In this document: piece by piece, positions 27,357-39,311 of the stretch | Layout: each line of letters begins with the position of its first letter | Position numbering within the stretch: position 1 is the first letter of the stretch | Assembly (NCBI GenBank): GCA_963785985.1 | Contig: CAWAXD010000024.1 | Coordinates: 68,885-132,884, forward strand | Source: an uncultured delta proteobacterium | GTDB taxonomy: Bacteria > Myxococcota_A > UBA9160 > SMWR01 | DNA: 64,000 bases | Reading direction: 5' to 3' | Notes under the pieces: generated by a model | What the model was told of the DNA's origin: nothing | Database searches by the model: none | What the model saw: the letters and a program-made list of their open reading frames with translations, nothing else | Made by a program: the position numbers and the translations under genes

Positions 27357-27770
27357 GTGATCCGCCTCTCCCGCCTGTCCGACTACGGCATCGTGCTGAT
27401 GGCGTTCCTCGCCGAGCAGCCGGCCGAGTCCCAGCACAGCGCGCGCGACATCGCGCAGGGCACGCGGCTGCCGCTGCCGGTCGTGAGCAAGATCCTGAAG
27501 GCGCTCGCGCGCGAAGGGCTGCTGCACTCGCAGCGCGGGCCGCGCGGTGGTTACACGTTGGCGCGTCGGCCTGAAGAGATCTCGGTGGCGGAGATGATCA
27601 CGGCGCTCGAAGGTCCGATCGGTCTCACGGAGTGCACGATGCATCCGGGGCAGTGCGTGCAGGAAGCCCGCTGTCACGTGCGCAAGCCCTGGCAGCAGAT
27701 CAACCACATCGTCCGCAGCGCGCTCGCGGGCGTGACGCTCGCGCAGCTGGCGGCGTCCGACGGCCGCTAG
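27357..27770 (+). CDS. Rrf2-family transcriptional regulator (SUF system Fe-S assembly regulator type)
   Basis: 137 aa: [19 protein letters not shown]..., wHTH, and three clustered Cys ([16 protein letters not shown]). Located directly upstream of sufB. Confidence 0.88.
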   Translation: MIRLSRLSDYGIVLMAFLAEQPAESQHSARDIAQGTRLPLPVVSKILKALAREGLLHSQRGPRGGYTLARRPEEISVAEMITALEGPIGLTECTMHPGQCVQEARCHVRKPWQQINHIVRSALAGVTLAQLAASDGR

Positions 27771-27783
27771 AAGGACCCGGGGC

Positions 27784-29244
<1,461 letters not shown>

Positions 29245-29278
29245 CCCGCGTGCGGGAAGGCCTCGAGCGAGGAATCCG

Positions 29279-30027
<749 letters not shown>

Positions 30028-30031
<4 letters not shown>

Positions 30032-31371
30032 GCGACCTCGACGCCGCGCGCGATCATTACGCGGAGCGCGCGGGCGCCTTCGCGGCGTCCGCCGGTCTTC
30101 ACGATCCGGAATGGCTGCGCGGGCTGCGCGCGCAAGCCACGGCCCACTTCGCCGAGCAGGGCCTTCCGAGCACGAAGCTCGAAGAATGGCGCTACACGAA
30201 CGTGATGCCGCTCGCCCGGGTACCATTCGAGCTGCCCGGCTCCGAGCCGGCGCCCATCACCCGCGCCGCGGTCGAGTCGCTCTGCTTCCCCGTGTTCGCG
30301 TGCAGCGTCTTCGTCTTCGTGGACGGCCGCTTCCGGCCCGAGCTCTCGTCGCCCCGCGCGCTCTCCGGGAGCCTGCGCGTCGAGAGCCTCGCGGAGCTGC
30401 GGGCGCGCGCGCCCGGGCGGCTCGCGGGCCGGCTGGGCCGCATTGCCGACACGAAGCGCCAGCCCTTCGTGGCGCTGGGCAGCGCATTTCTCGACGATGG
30501 CGCCTGCCTCTTCGTTCCGCGCGGGACGCGCGTGGAGCAGCCCGTCCACGTGGTGCAGCTGGCGAGCGGCGCGGCGCCCGATCGCGTCTGCCACCCCCGC
30601 CTGCTGATCGTCGCGGAGCCCGGCAGCCACGTCACGCTGATCCAGGATTTCGTGTCGCTGTCGGAAGCGCGCGGCTTCACCAACGCGGTGGCCGAGGTCA
30701 CGCTCGAGCCGGGCGCAGCCGTGGATCTGGTGCTGCTGCAGCGCGAGAACGCGGATAGCTTCCACGTCTCGAACCTCGAAGTGCGGATCGCGCGCGACGC
30801 ACGTTTCGCTGCCCATACCCTGACGCTCGGCGGCGGCTTCGTGCGCAACGACCTGAACGCCGTGCTCGAGGACGAAGGCGCCTCGCTGCGGCTCGACGGG
30901 CTCACGGTCGCGGGCGGCAAACAGCTGGTCGACAACCACACCGTCGTCGATCACGCGCTGCCGCACGGCGAGAGCCGCCAGCGCTACAAGAGCGTGCTCG
31001 GCGGCGAGGCGCGCGGCATCTTCCGTGGCCGCGTGATCGTGCGGCCGGACGCGCAGAAGACCGTGGCCTCGCAATCGAGCGCGAACATCCTGCTCAGCGA
31101 AGGCGCCGAGATCGACGCGAAGCCGCAGCTCGAGATCTGGGCCGACGACGTGAAGTGCAGCCATGGCGCGTCGATCGGCCGCCTCGATGAAGACGCGCTC
31201 TTCTACCTGCGCTCGCGCGGCATCGCCGTAGCCAGGGCGCGCGATCTGCTCGTGCAGGGCTTCGCCTCCGAGGTGCTCGCGAGCCTGCCGTCGCCGGCGC
31301 TGGCCGAAGGCCTGACGGAGCTGCTGCGCGAGCAGATGCGCGGCGCGGGGGCGGGGGAGGGCGCGCCGTGA
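30028..31371 (+). CDS. sufD: Fe-S cluster assembly protein SufD
   Basis: GTG 30028 overlaps the sufC stop (GTGA), inside ORF 29479..31371. EEWRYTN motif and a SufB/D beta-helix C-terminus (..KCSHGASIGRLDEDALFYLRSRGI..). Confidence 0.9.
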
Positions 31372-32588
31372 AGCTCGACGCCGAGCGCGCGCGCGCGGAC
31401 TTCCCGATCCTGCGCACGACCGCGCGCGGGAAGCCCCTCGTGTTCCTCGACAGCGCCGCGAGCGCGCAGAAGCCGCGCGCGGTGCTCGACGCGATGCAGA
31501 GCTTCTACGAGACCAGCTACGCGAACGTGCACCGCGGCGTCTACGAGCTCTCGGAGCGCGCCACGCAGGCGTTCGAAGGCGTGCGCGGAAAGGTCGCGCG
31601 TTTCATCGGCGCCGCCGAAGCCCGCGAGATCGTCTTCGTGCGCGGCACCACGGAGGCCATCAATCTCGTCGCGCACGGGATCGCGCGCAGCGCGCTCGGC
31701 CCCGGAGACGAAGTGCTGATCACGGAGCTCGAACATCACTCGAACATCGTCCCCTGGCAGATCGCATGCGCCGAGCGCGGCGCGAAGCTGCGGGTGGTCG
31801 GGATCGACGATCGCGGGGATCTGAGACTCGACGAGCTCGACAAGCTGCTCGGACCGCGCACGAAGCTGCTCGCGCTAGCTCACGTCTCGAATGCGCTCGG
31901 CACCATCAATCCAGTGCGCGAGATCGTGAAGCTCGCGCACGAGCGCGGTGTGCCCGTGCTGCTCGACGGCGCGCAGGCGGTGCCGCATCAGGCGGTCGAC
32001 GTGCAGGAGCTCGCTTGCGATTTCTACGCCTTCTCGGCGCACAAGCTGTTCGGCCCCACGGGCGTGGGCGTGCTCTACGGCCGCGCGGACCGGCTCGAGG
32101 CGCTTCCGCCCTACCAGGGCGGCGGCGACATGATCCTCTCGGTCCGCTTCGAGGCATCGACGTATCAGGGCATCCCCTACAAGTTCGAAGCGGGGACTCC
32201 CGACATCGCCGGCGTCGTCGGACTCGGTGCTGCGATCGATTACGTGAGCCGCCTCGGTCTCGACGCCATCGCGGCCCACGAGCACGAGCTGCTGCGCTAC
32301 GCGAGCGAATCCCTGGCCCGCGTGCCCGGCGTGCGCCTGATCGGAACGGCGCGCGAGAAGGCGGCCGTGATCTCGTTCGTGCTGGAGGGAATCCACGCGC
32401 ACGACGTCGGGACGATCCTCGACCAACATGGAATCGCGGTTCGCACGGGTCACCACTGCGCGCAGCCCGTGATGCAGCGCTACGGCATCCCCGCCACCGT
32501 GCGCGCCTCGTTCGCGCTCTACAACACCCGCGCCGACGTCGATGCCCTGGTGGCCGGACTCCTGAAGGTGCGCGAGGTCTTCGCCTGA
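31368..32588 (+). CDS. sufS: cysteine desulfurase SufS
   Basis: 406 aa: HHSNIVPW, SAHKLFGPTG (PLP lysine), RTGHHCAQP (catalytic Cys). The start overlaps the sufD stop. Confidence 0.95.
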   Translation: MKLDAERARADFPILRTTARGKPLVFLDSAASAQKPRAVLDAMQSFYETSYANVHRGVYELSERATQAFEGVRGKVARFIGAAEAREIVFVRGTTEAINLVAHGIARSALGPGDEVLITELEHHSNIVPWQIACAERGAKLRVVGIDDRGDLRLDELDKLLGPRTKLLALAHVSNALGTINPVREIVKLAHERGVPVLLDGAQAVPHQAVDVQELACDFYAFSAHKLFGPTGVGVLYGRADRLEALPPYQGGGDMILSVRFEASTYQGIPYKFEAGTPDIAGVVGLGAAIDYVSRLGLDAIAAHEHELLRYASESLARVPGVRLIGTAREKAAVISFVLEGIHAHDVGTILDQHGIAVRTGHHCAQPVMQRYGIPATVRASFALYNTRADVDALVAGLLKVREVFA

Positions 32589-33040
32589 TGTCCGACCTGC
32601 GCGAGCTCTACCAGTCCGTGATCCTCGATCACAACAAGACGCCGCGGAACTTCCGCCATCCGGCGGACGCGAACCGCTCCGCCGAGGGATACAATCCCTT
32701 GTGTGGCGATCAGCTCACGGTGTTCCTGACCGTCGAGGACGGCGTCGTGAAGGACGCCGCCTTCGAAGGCTCCGGCTGCGCGATCTCGACGGCCTCGGCG
32801 TCGCTGATGACCGAGAGCGTGCGGGGCCGGCGCGACGACGAGGTCGAGAAGATGTTCGAGAGCTTCCATCAGCTCGTGACCTCCGATCCGGCCGCGCCGG
32901 CGCCGGACGAGGGGCTCGGCAAGCTGGCGGTCTTCGGCGGCGTCCGGGAGTTCCCCGTGCGCGTGAAGTGTGCGACGCTGGCCTGGCACACGCTGCGCGC
33001 GGCGCTGCACGGCAGCCGCGCGCCGGCGACGACGGAATGA
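32588..33040 (+). CDS. sufU: SufU/IscU-like Fe-S sulfur-transfer (scaffold) protein
   Basis: ATG 32588 overlaps the sufS stop. 150 aa: LYQSVILDHNKTPRN, NPLCGD, GSGCAIS, VKCATLAW. Confidence 0.88.
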   Translation: MSDLRELYQSVILDHNKTPRNFRHPADANRSAEGYNPLCGDQLTVFLTVEDGVVKDAAFEGSGCAISTASASLMTESVRGRRDDEVEKMFESFHQLVTSDPAAPAPDEGLGKLAVFGGVREFPVRVKCATLAWHTLRAALHGSRAPATTE

Positions 33041-33432
33041 GCGACATGAGCGAGATGAACGGGGCGAGCGGCACGAGCGAGGGCGACGGCGCTCGCGTGG
33101 AGGCGGGAGCCAGCGCGGCGAGCAGCCCCGACGCGATCCGCGAGCGCGTGATCGAACAGCTGCGGACGGTCTTCGACCCGGAGATCCCCGTCAACATCTA
33201 CGAGCTCGGCCTGATCTACGAGGTGAAGGTCGACGGCGCGGGGCAGGTCGGCATCCGCATGACGCTCACCTCGCCGATGTGCCCGGCCGCCGAGCAGCTG
33301 CCGCCCGAGGTCGAGAGCAAGGCGCGCAGCGTGGCCGGCGTCAGCTCGGTGCAGCTCGATCTCGTCTGGGATCCCCCGTGGAACCCGAGCATGATGTCCG
33401 AGGCCGCGCGGCTCGATCTCGGCATGGTCTGA
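33037..33432 (+). CDS. DUF59 (SufT/PaaD-like) Fe-S assembly protein
   Basis: ATG 33037 overlaps the sufU stop (ATGA). Low-complexity N-terminus, then VFDPEIPVNIYELGLIYEV...MTLTSPMCPA. Confidence 0.85.
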   Translation: MSDMSEMNGASGTSEGDGARVEAGASAASSPDAIRERVIEQLRTVFDPEIPVNIYELGLIYEVKVDGAGQVGIRMTLTSPMCPAAEQLPPEVESKARSVAGVSSVQLDLVWDPPWNPSMMSEAARLDLGMV

Positions 33433-33441
33433 CGCGAGCGC

Positions 33442-34551
33442 GTGCTTCCGCTCGGCTTTGCGGCCTTCCTCGCATTCGGCAGCGTGCTCGTGCTCGTCGG
33501 CTCCAACCAGGCGGCGCTCGCGCGCGATCTCTCGCTCGATCTCTCGCGCACGGGATTGCTCGGCTCGACGCTCGTGCTCGGCATCGGCATCGGCGTGGTC
33601 GGCGCGGGGCCGCTCGTCGATCGCCATCCCCGCCGTCCCTTGTGGGTCGCGTCGATGGGACTCGCGGCCGCCGCCCTGCTCGGCGTGGGCCCGCGCATGC
33701 CATACGCGCGCCTGCTCGCTCAGCTGCTGGTCGTGGGCATCGGCATCGGCCTCTACGACACGCTGATCAGCACCGTCGTGGTCGAGCGTTTCCGCGAGCG
33801 CGCCGCGCGCCCGATGTCGGCCGTACACTCGGCTGCGACGCTCGGCGCCATGCTCGGCTCCCCGCTCGCCGCCTGGCTCGCGGCGAGCCACGGCTGGGCG
33901 GCGAGCTTCCACGCCGCCGGGATCGCACACGCAGCGCTCGCTGTCGCAGGGCTCGTCGTGACGCTGCCGTCTCCCGCGCGTCCGGCGCGGCGCGCCGGCA
34001 CGCGCGCCCTGCCGGCGCTGCTCACTCCCGCGTTCGCGCCTTTCGCGCTCGCGGCATTCGCGTATGTCGGAATCGAGTCCGCCATCACCGTCTTCGCCGT
34101 CCCCTACGCGACGCAGGCACACGGCGTCGACGCCGCGCGCGGCCTCGCCTCGATCAGCGTCTTCTGGCTCGGCCTGTTCGCCGGCCGGCTCGCGCCCGCT
34201 GCGCTCCCGTTCGCTCCAGACGCCCGCTGGATCGCCGTGGGGGGCGCCGCCAGCGCAGTCGTCCTCGCGCTCGGGGGCGGCGTGCTCTCCCCGGAGCTGG
34301 TGTTCGGGGCGACGGGGCTCGCGCTCGGCTGCGTCTATCCGCTCGCGGTCGCGATCGTCGGCCAGCGCTTTCCCGACGCGCGTGGAACCGCGGCGGGGCT
34401 CACGGCCGGCGCCGGTGCGCTCGGCGGCTTCGTCGTACCGTGGCTGCACGGCGCGATCGGCGATCGCTTCGGCGTGAGCGCGGCGGTGGCCTCGCTCGCG
34501 CTGTGGTCGCTCGCGGTCGGGGGCGCGGCGTTGCTAGTGAGGCGTCGCTAA
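33442..34551 (+). CDS. MFS transporter
   Basis: 369 aa with about 12 hydrophobic helices and an MFS-like loop GPLVDRHPRRP. Confidence 0.8.
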   Translation: MLPLGFAAFLAFGSVLVLVGSNQAALARDLSLDLSRTGLLGSTLVLGIGIGVVGAGPLVDRHPRRPLWVASMGLAAAALLGVGPRMPYARLLAQLLVVGIGIGLYDTLISTVVVERFRERAARPMSAVHSAATLGAMLGSPLAAWLAASHGWAASFHAAGIAHAALAVAGLVVTLPSPARPARRAGTRALPALLTPAFAPFALAAFAYVGIESAITVFAVPYATQAHGVDAARGLASISVFWLGLFAGRLAPAALPFAPDARWIAVGGAASAVVLALGGGVLSPELVFGATGLALGCVYPLAVAIVGQRFPDARGTAAGLTAGAGALGGFVVPWLHGAIGDRFGVSAAVASLALWSLAVGGAALLVRRR

Positions 34552-34583
34552 CGTCCGCCGGCTTCGACAAGGGAGAACATCAC

Positions 34584-35645
34584 ATGCGTGAGCCGATCGG
34601 CTCCGTTCTCGTCATCCTCGCCCTGCTGGTCCCCGCTGCCGCGCACGCGGATCGCGTGACGGTGAAGGGCACCGTGCTCGAAGGCAAGGTCAAGTCGATC
34701 ACCAAGACGTCGGTCGTGCTCGAGACCGTGTACGGCAAGGGCGACCTCGTGATCGCGACGAAGGACATCGAGGCGATCGAGACGGACGCCAATTTCCACG
34801 TCTACCACGGCGACGACGTCGACAGCCTGGGACCGGTGGTGGGCGTGACACCCGATCAGGTCACCGTGAAGCCCGCAGCCGGCGAGCCCGAGTCGATTCC
34901 GTTCGCCGACGTCTACGTCGCTCGCCGCGATCCCGGTCCCGACGCGAGCTTTCTCGAGCGCCTCGGCGTGGAGCTCGCGTATTGGGAAGGCAATGCCGAC
35001 TTCGGCTTCAGCTACATCAACGCCACGGACGATTCGAGCGCGCTGGCGGCTGGCATCGGTCTGAAGCGGGAGCGCGGGCCGAGCCGCCTGAAGCTCGAGG
35101 CCGCCTATCACCGCAGCGCCGAGAAGAGCCACGGCCAGAACACCAACGTCACGACCGACGAGCTCTACGGGCAGATCCGCCAGGAGTACGACGTCTCGCC
35201 GCGCGTCTTCGCGTTCGGCTCCCAGTATGCGGAGAACGACGGCGTCGAGAGCCTCAGCATCCGCTCGGTCTCGCGCGTCGGATTCGGCTACAAGCTCTTC
35301 ACGAGCGAGAACGCCTGGATCACGGTCGACGGCGGCCCGGGCTACGTCTACGAGCGCTACTACGGGGGTGACGACAACCAGTACCCCACGATCGGCCTGG
35401 GCGCCGAATCGAACTGGAAGCTGCCGGTGTTGGGCTCGAGCTGGCACACGCGGCTCGACTGGGCGCCGTCGCTGCTGAGCCCCTTCAGCGATTTCCTGCT
35501 GCGCGGCGAGACGTCCCTGCTCGTGCCGCTCATCTCGAAGCTCTCGTTCAAGGTCTCCCTCATCGACCTCTACAACAACCAGCCGGCGAACGACACGGAG
35601 AAGAACAGCCTGGCGGCGTTGGTGGGGCTGTCGCTCGGTTTCTGA
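34584..35645 (+). CDS. DUF481-type outer-membrane beta-barrel protein
   Basis: ATG 34584 after GGGAGA, inside ORF 32970..35645. Signal peptide ...LLVPAAAHA, alternating beta-strand pattern, and C-terminal ...LAALVGLSLGF (terminal Phe). Confidence 0.75.
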   Translation: MREPIGSVLVILALLVPAAAHADRVTVKGTVLEGKVKSITKTSVVLETVYGKGDLVIATKDIEAIETDANFHVYHGDDVDSLGPVVGVTPDQVTVKPAAGEPESIPFADVYVARRDPGPDASFLERLGVELAYWEGNADFGFSYINATDDSSALAAGIGLKRERGPSRLKLEAAYHRSAEKSHGQNTNVTTDELYGQIRQEYDVSPRVFAFGSQYAENDGVESLSIRSVSRVGFGYKLFTSENAWITVDGGPGYVYERYYGGDDNQYPTIGLGAESNWKLPVLGSSWHTRLDWAPSLLSPFSDFLLRGETSLLVPLISKLSFKVSLIDLYNNQPANDTEKNSLAALVGLSLGF

Positions 35646-35692
35646 GCGAAGCGCTGGCGCGGCTCGCGCTTCGGCGCCGCTGCACGTGCGCC

Positions 35693-36670
35693 TCAGCTCA
35701 CCGTGCGCGGCACCCGGAGCCAGGCGTTGGCGAGCCGCACCGCCAGCGGATGCGTGAAGACCCGGCGCAGCCTCCACAAGGGCGAGTGCCACTGCGCCTC
35801 CGGGAGCTCGCCGTCGAGCAGCTCGCTCACGAGCCTTCCCGCGTGACCCGCCAGCGTGTCGAGAATGCGCTCGCCGAGCTCCGCCGACGCCTTCGCCGGC
35901 ATGCCGCTGTAGGTTTCTTCCGAGAAGAAGCGGATCCCCGCGCGGAACGAGACCAGCATGGCGCCGAATGCAGCGAGCTTGCCCCGCTCCGCCTTCGGAC
36001 GCTCTTCGCCTCGCTCCTGCAACCAGAGATCGACGTTGCGCCGCGGCAGGGCCTTGTACTGCGGATCCACCCAGTCCGGATGCAATGCCAGCAGCTGCGA
36101 GGTCTCGACGAGCCCGCCGTGGGTGTCGCCGTCGAAATCCGCCTTCTCGACACCGTCGAGATGCCCGAGCACGTCCCCCAGCTCCGAGCCTCCGCCGTTC
36201 AGGCGCGAGAGCAACGCGGAGAAGATGCACAGCATCGAGATCCCGCGCTCGCGGGAAACGCGATCGCACGCCACCTCGATCGCGAGGAAGTGGCGCGGGC
36301 TACCGTGGAAGTTCGAGACGAAGACGTGCTTGAAGCCCTGGGCCGCGAGCGAGCGTCCGAGATCCTCGATCACGGCGATCGTGGTCGAGGGCCGAAACGA
36401 GAGCGAGCCTGCCTGCGGTACGGGATCCGACGCGGCATAGATGCACGGGAGCTTCAGGAACGTGCGCTCCCGATGCCGCTCGGGCAGGAAGCGCAGCATG
36501 CGCTCGGCCAGTCCTTCCCCCTCGAGCACGTCCGCGCCGAGCGGCAGATGGGGGCCATGCACCTCGAGGGGCGAGCACGTGACGAGCACGATGGCGCGCT
36601 CGCGATCGATCGCGTCGAACTGGTCCTTCGTGAGCGTCTCCCAACGCAGCAACTTCGGCTCGTCATCCAT
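35693..36670 (-). CDS. creatininase-family amidohydrolase
   Basis: ATG 36670 inside ORF 35693..38209, 325 aa: VLVTCSPLEVHGPHLPLGADVL, FVSNFHGSPRH, DTHGG. Confidence 0.8.
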   Translation of the reverse strand: MDDEPKLLRWETLTKDQFDAIDRERAIVLVTCSPLEVHGPHLPLGADVLEGEGLAERMLRFLPERHRERTFLKLPCIYAASDPVPQAGSLSFRPSTTIAVIEDLGRSLAAQGFKHVFVSNFHGSPRHFLAIEVACDRVSRERGISMLCIFSALLSRLNGGGSELGDVLGHLDGVEKADFDGDTHGGLVETSQLLALHPDWVDPQYKALPRRNVDLWLQERGEERPKAERGKLAAFGAMLVSFRAGIRFFSEETYSGMPAKASAELGERILDTLAGHAGRLVSELLDGELPEAQWHSPLWRLRRVFTHPLAVRLANAWLRVPRTVS

Positions 36671-36696
36671 CCTGGGTCCCTCTCGTGGCCTCGATC

Positions 36697-38289
36697 TCAG
36701 AACCGCATCGGCATGATGGCGGCGACGATCAGCGCGATCCAGGCGGCGTCGAGCGCCGCGATCGCGAGCAGGTTGCGCGAAACCAGGTAGATCGACGCGT
36801 CCAGCACCTCGATCAACACGAACACGATCGCGAGCGCCGGCAACATCAGCATCACCACGTGCGGCAGCACGCCCGCGGCGACGCCGGCGATCAACACGAG
36901 CAGCATGAGCGCACGCCCGCCGGCGGCGTAGAGGGCGGCGGAAAGCGGCCGCCCGCGGCGCAGCAGGGTCTGCGTCGCGAGCTCGAGCGGCAGGAAGGCC
37001 AGGCCGACGAGCACGAACACGCCCATGCGTTCCGGCGTGAGGCCGAGCCGGTGGAAGTACGTGCCGAAGGGCTGAAGCAGCACGTAGATCCCGATCATCC
37101 CGAGCGCCGCACCGAGCAGGCTGCGCCCCGCTGCCGCGAACAGCGACGCGAACTGCATGCGATCGCGCAGGTACAACGCCACCAGCAGGACGATCCCGGC
37201 GAGCGCAAAGTGGTAGGCGACGACGTCCCCGACCTCGATCGACAAGATCGCTCCGGGATTGCCGGACGCAGCGAGCGGCATCGTCGCGAACAGCGCGCCG
37301 GCGAGCAGCGCGAGGCCGAGAGGCCGCCGCGACACCGGCAGGTGCTCGGTCGTGGGCGTCAGGCGCCCGATCAGCAGCCCGAAGCCCGGCAGCACGAGCA
37401 GCAGCAGCACGCCGAGCAGCGCCACGACGGGGCCACGCGGATCCGGATTCACCGGCGCGGCGCGTTGCTCGCGTCCGAACGCCGCGTCGAGCCAGGCGAC
37501 GATCTCCGAGAGCGCGAAGTCCGACCACAGGATGGTCAGGTGATCGGCGCCAGGAACCTCGACGCGGCGCACGGCCGTGCCCTGGCGGAAGTCTCCGTAG
37601 GTCTCCGCGAGAGCGGGCTGCGCGATGCCGGCGAGTCGCGCGGCCAGCTCGCCGGTGCGCGTGCGGATGCGCTCGGGATCGCCGGCCGCGTAGAGGAAGA
37701 GCGCGTTCCCCGCGCGCTGCGGCCCGAGCATGCTCCAGCCGCCCGAGATCAACACGACCGCGTCGATGCCGGCGTCTCGCGTCGCAAAATCGAGCGCGGC
37801 GCCGGCGCCCATCGAGTGCCCCAGCAGGGCGATGTGCGAGGCATCGACCAGCGGCGAGGTGCGCAGGAAGTCGACCGCCGCGGCGAGATCGCGCGCCAGG
37901 AAATCGGCGCGCCCCCGGCCACCCGGGAAGCGGTTGCGGTTCTCCCCGTGGCCGCGCAGGTCGATCGAGAGCACCGCGAAGCCTGCGCCCGCCAGCCCTC
38001 GCGCCAGGCGGCTCAGGCTCGCGCGGTCTGAGCTGAAGCCGTGCGCGAGCACGACCACGGGCGGGCGCGCGTCGGGAGACGGCGCATCGAGGAAGCGCGA
38101 GCTCCCGTCGCCTGCCGCCGACCCGGGCAGGAAAAGCGTTGCGGGAATCTCGCCATCGAGGCTGAGATCCATGTGGGGAGCGCCCCCCCTCTCGAGGCGT
38201 CCGAGCCACACGCTCGCGACGAGATACGCCCCGAAGGCGACGAGCGAGACGATCGACAGCAGGGTGGCGGACGAGCGAAAGCGCGGCAC
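36697..38289 (-). CDS. alpha/beta-hydrolase fused to a C-terminal polytopic membrane domain
   Basis: 530 aa. N-terminal TM, hydrolase core VVVLAHGFSSDR...LLGHSMGAGAA (GxSxG), then about 8 hydrophobic helices over the last 250 aa or so. Confidence 0.8.
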   Translation of the reverse strand: MPRFRSSATLLSIVSLVAFGAYLVASVWLGRLERGGAPHMDLSLDGEIPATLFLPGSAAGDGSSRFLDAPSPDARPPVVVLAHGFSSDRASLSRLARGLAGAGFAVLSIDLRGHGENRNRFPGGRGRADFLARDLAAAVDFLRTSPLVDASHIALLGHSMGAGAALDFATRDAGIDAVVLISGGWSMLGPQRAGNALFLYAAGDPERIRTRTGELAARLAGIAQPALAETYGDFRQGTAVRRVEVPGADHLTILWSDFALSEIVAWLDAAFGREQRAAPVNPDPRGPVVALLGVLLLLVLPGFGLLIGRLTPTTEHLPVSRRPLGLALLAGALFATMPLAASGNPGAILSIEVGDVVAYHFALAGIVLLVALYLRDRMQFASLFAAAGRSLLGAALGMIGIYVLLQPFGTYFHRLGLTPERMGVFVLVGLAFLPLELATQTLLRRGRPLSAALYAAGGRALMLLVLIAGVAAGVLPHVVMLMLPALAIVFVLIEVLDASIYLVSRNLLAIAALDAAWIALIVAAIMPMRF

Positions 38290-38354
38290 CGCGCCATGAA
38301 ACCCAGCGCCGCGCCCGAAGTCAACGCATTCGAGCGCGTGGTATCCTGAGGCGC

Positions 38355-39311
38355 TTGCCGAATCCGCCCGCAGCCAGGCCGCCTTCCGAGCGCATCCTAG
38401 TCACGGGAGCCAACGGCCACCTGGGGCGCCGTTTGCTCGAGCGGCTCGCGCAAAGGCCCGGCGGGAACGGGCGTGTGCGCGCGCTGGTGCGCTCGCGCGC
38501 CGCCGCGGCGGTGCTCGAGCGGCTTCCGGAAGGCGTGCGTCCCGAGATCGTGATCGTCGACTACACCGATAGCGAGACGCTCGCGCGCGCGGCCGCAGGC
38601 TGCGCCGCCGCCGTTCATCTGGTGGGCATCCTGCGCGAGACGCGCAGCAGCCGGTATGCGGACGCGCACGAGGCTACGACGCAGGCGCTCGCGCAAGCGG
38701 CGCCGCGCGCCGGGCTGCGCCGGATCGTCTACTTGAGCATTCTCGGCTCGCACGCGAAGGCGGCGAACGCCTGCCTCGCCTCGAAGGGCCGCGCCGAGGA
38801 CATCCTGCTCGCGGGCGCGACACCCGCGCTCGTGTTGCGCGTGCCGATGGTGATCGGGGCGGGCGACTTCGTCTCGCGGACGCTGCGCCAGCAGGCCCGC
38901 GCGCGCGTGGTGCCGCTGCTGCGCGGCGGCAGCGGGCGCGAGCAGCCGATCGACGCCGACGACGTCGTCACCGCGATCCTCGCCGGGCTCGAGCGTCCCG
39001 GCCTCGGCCGCGAAGCGCTCGACCTGGCGGGCCCCGAGTCGCTCAGCCGCCGGGATCTGCTCGCGCGCACGGCGCGTCTGTGGGGTACGCATCCGAGCGT
39101 GATCCCGCTGCCCTTTGCCCTCGAGTACGCCTTCGCCTTCGCGGCCGAGAAGCTGCTCGCGAATCCGCCGCTCACGCGCGCCATGCTCGGCGTGCTCGAC
39201 CACGACGACGACATCGACGTGAAGCCCGCCTGCGAGCGGCTGGGCCTGAAGCTCACCCCGCTCGACGAGACGCTGCGTCGCTGCGTAGGTCCCGGATCGG
39301 AGGGCGCATGA
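38355..39311 (+). CDS. NAD(P)-binding NmrA/atypical-SDR (epimerase-like) protein
   Basis: 318 aa: ILVTGANGHLGRRLL (GxxGxxG). The TTG start from the ORF track is uncertain. Confidence 0.75.
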   Translation: MPNPPAARPPSERILVTGANGHLGRRLLERLAQRPGGNGRVRALVRSRAAAAVLERLPEGVRPEIVIVDYTDSETLARAAAGCAAAVHLVGILRETRSSRYADAHEATTQALAQAAPRAGLRRIVYLSILGSHAKAANACLASKGRAEDILLAGATPALVLRVPMVIGAGDFVSRTLRQQARARVVPLLRGGSGREQPIDADDVVTAILAGLERPGLGREALDLAGPESLSRRDLLARTARLWGTHPSVIPLPFALEYAFAFAAEKLLANPPLTRAMLGVLDHDDDIDVKPACERLGLKLTPLDETLRRCVGPGSEGA

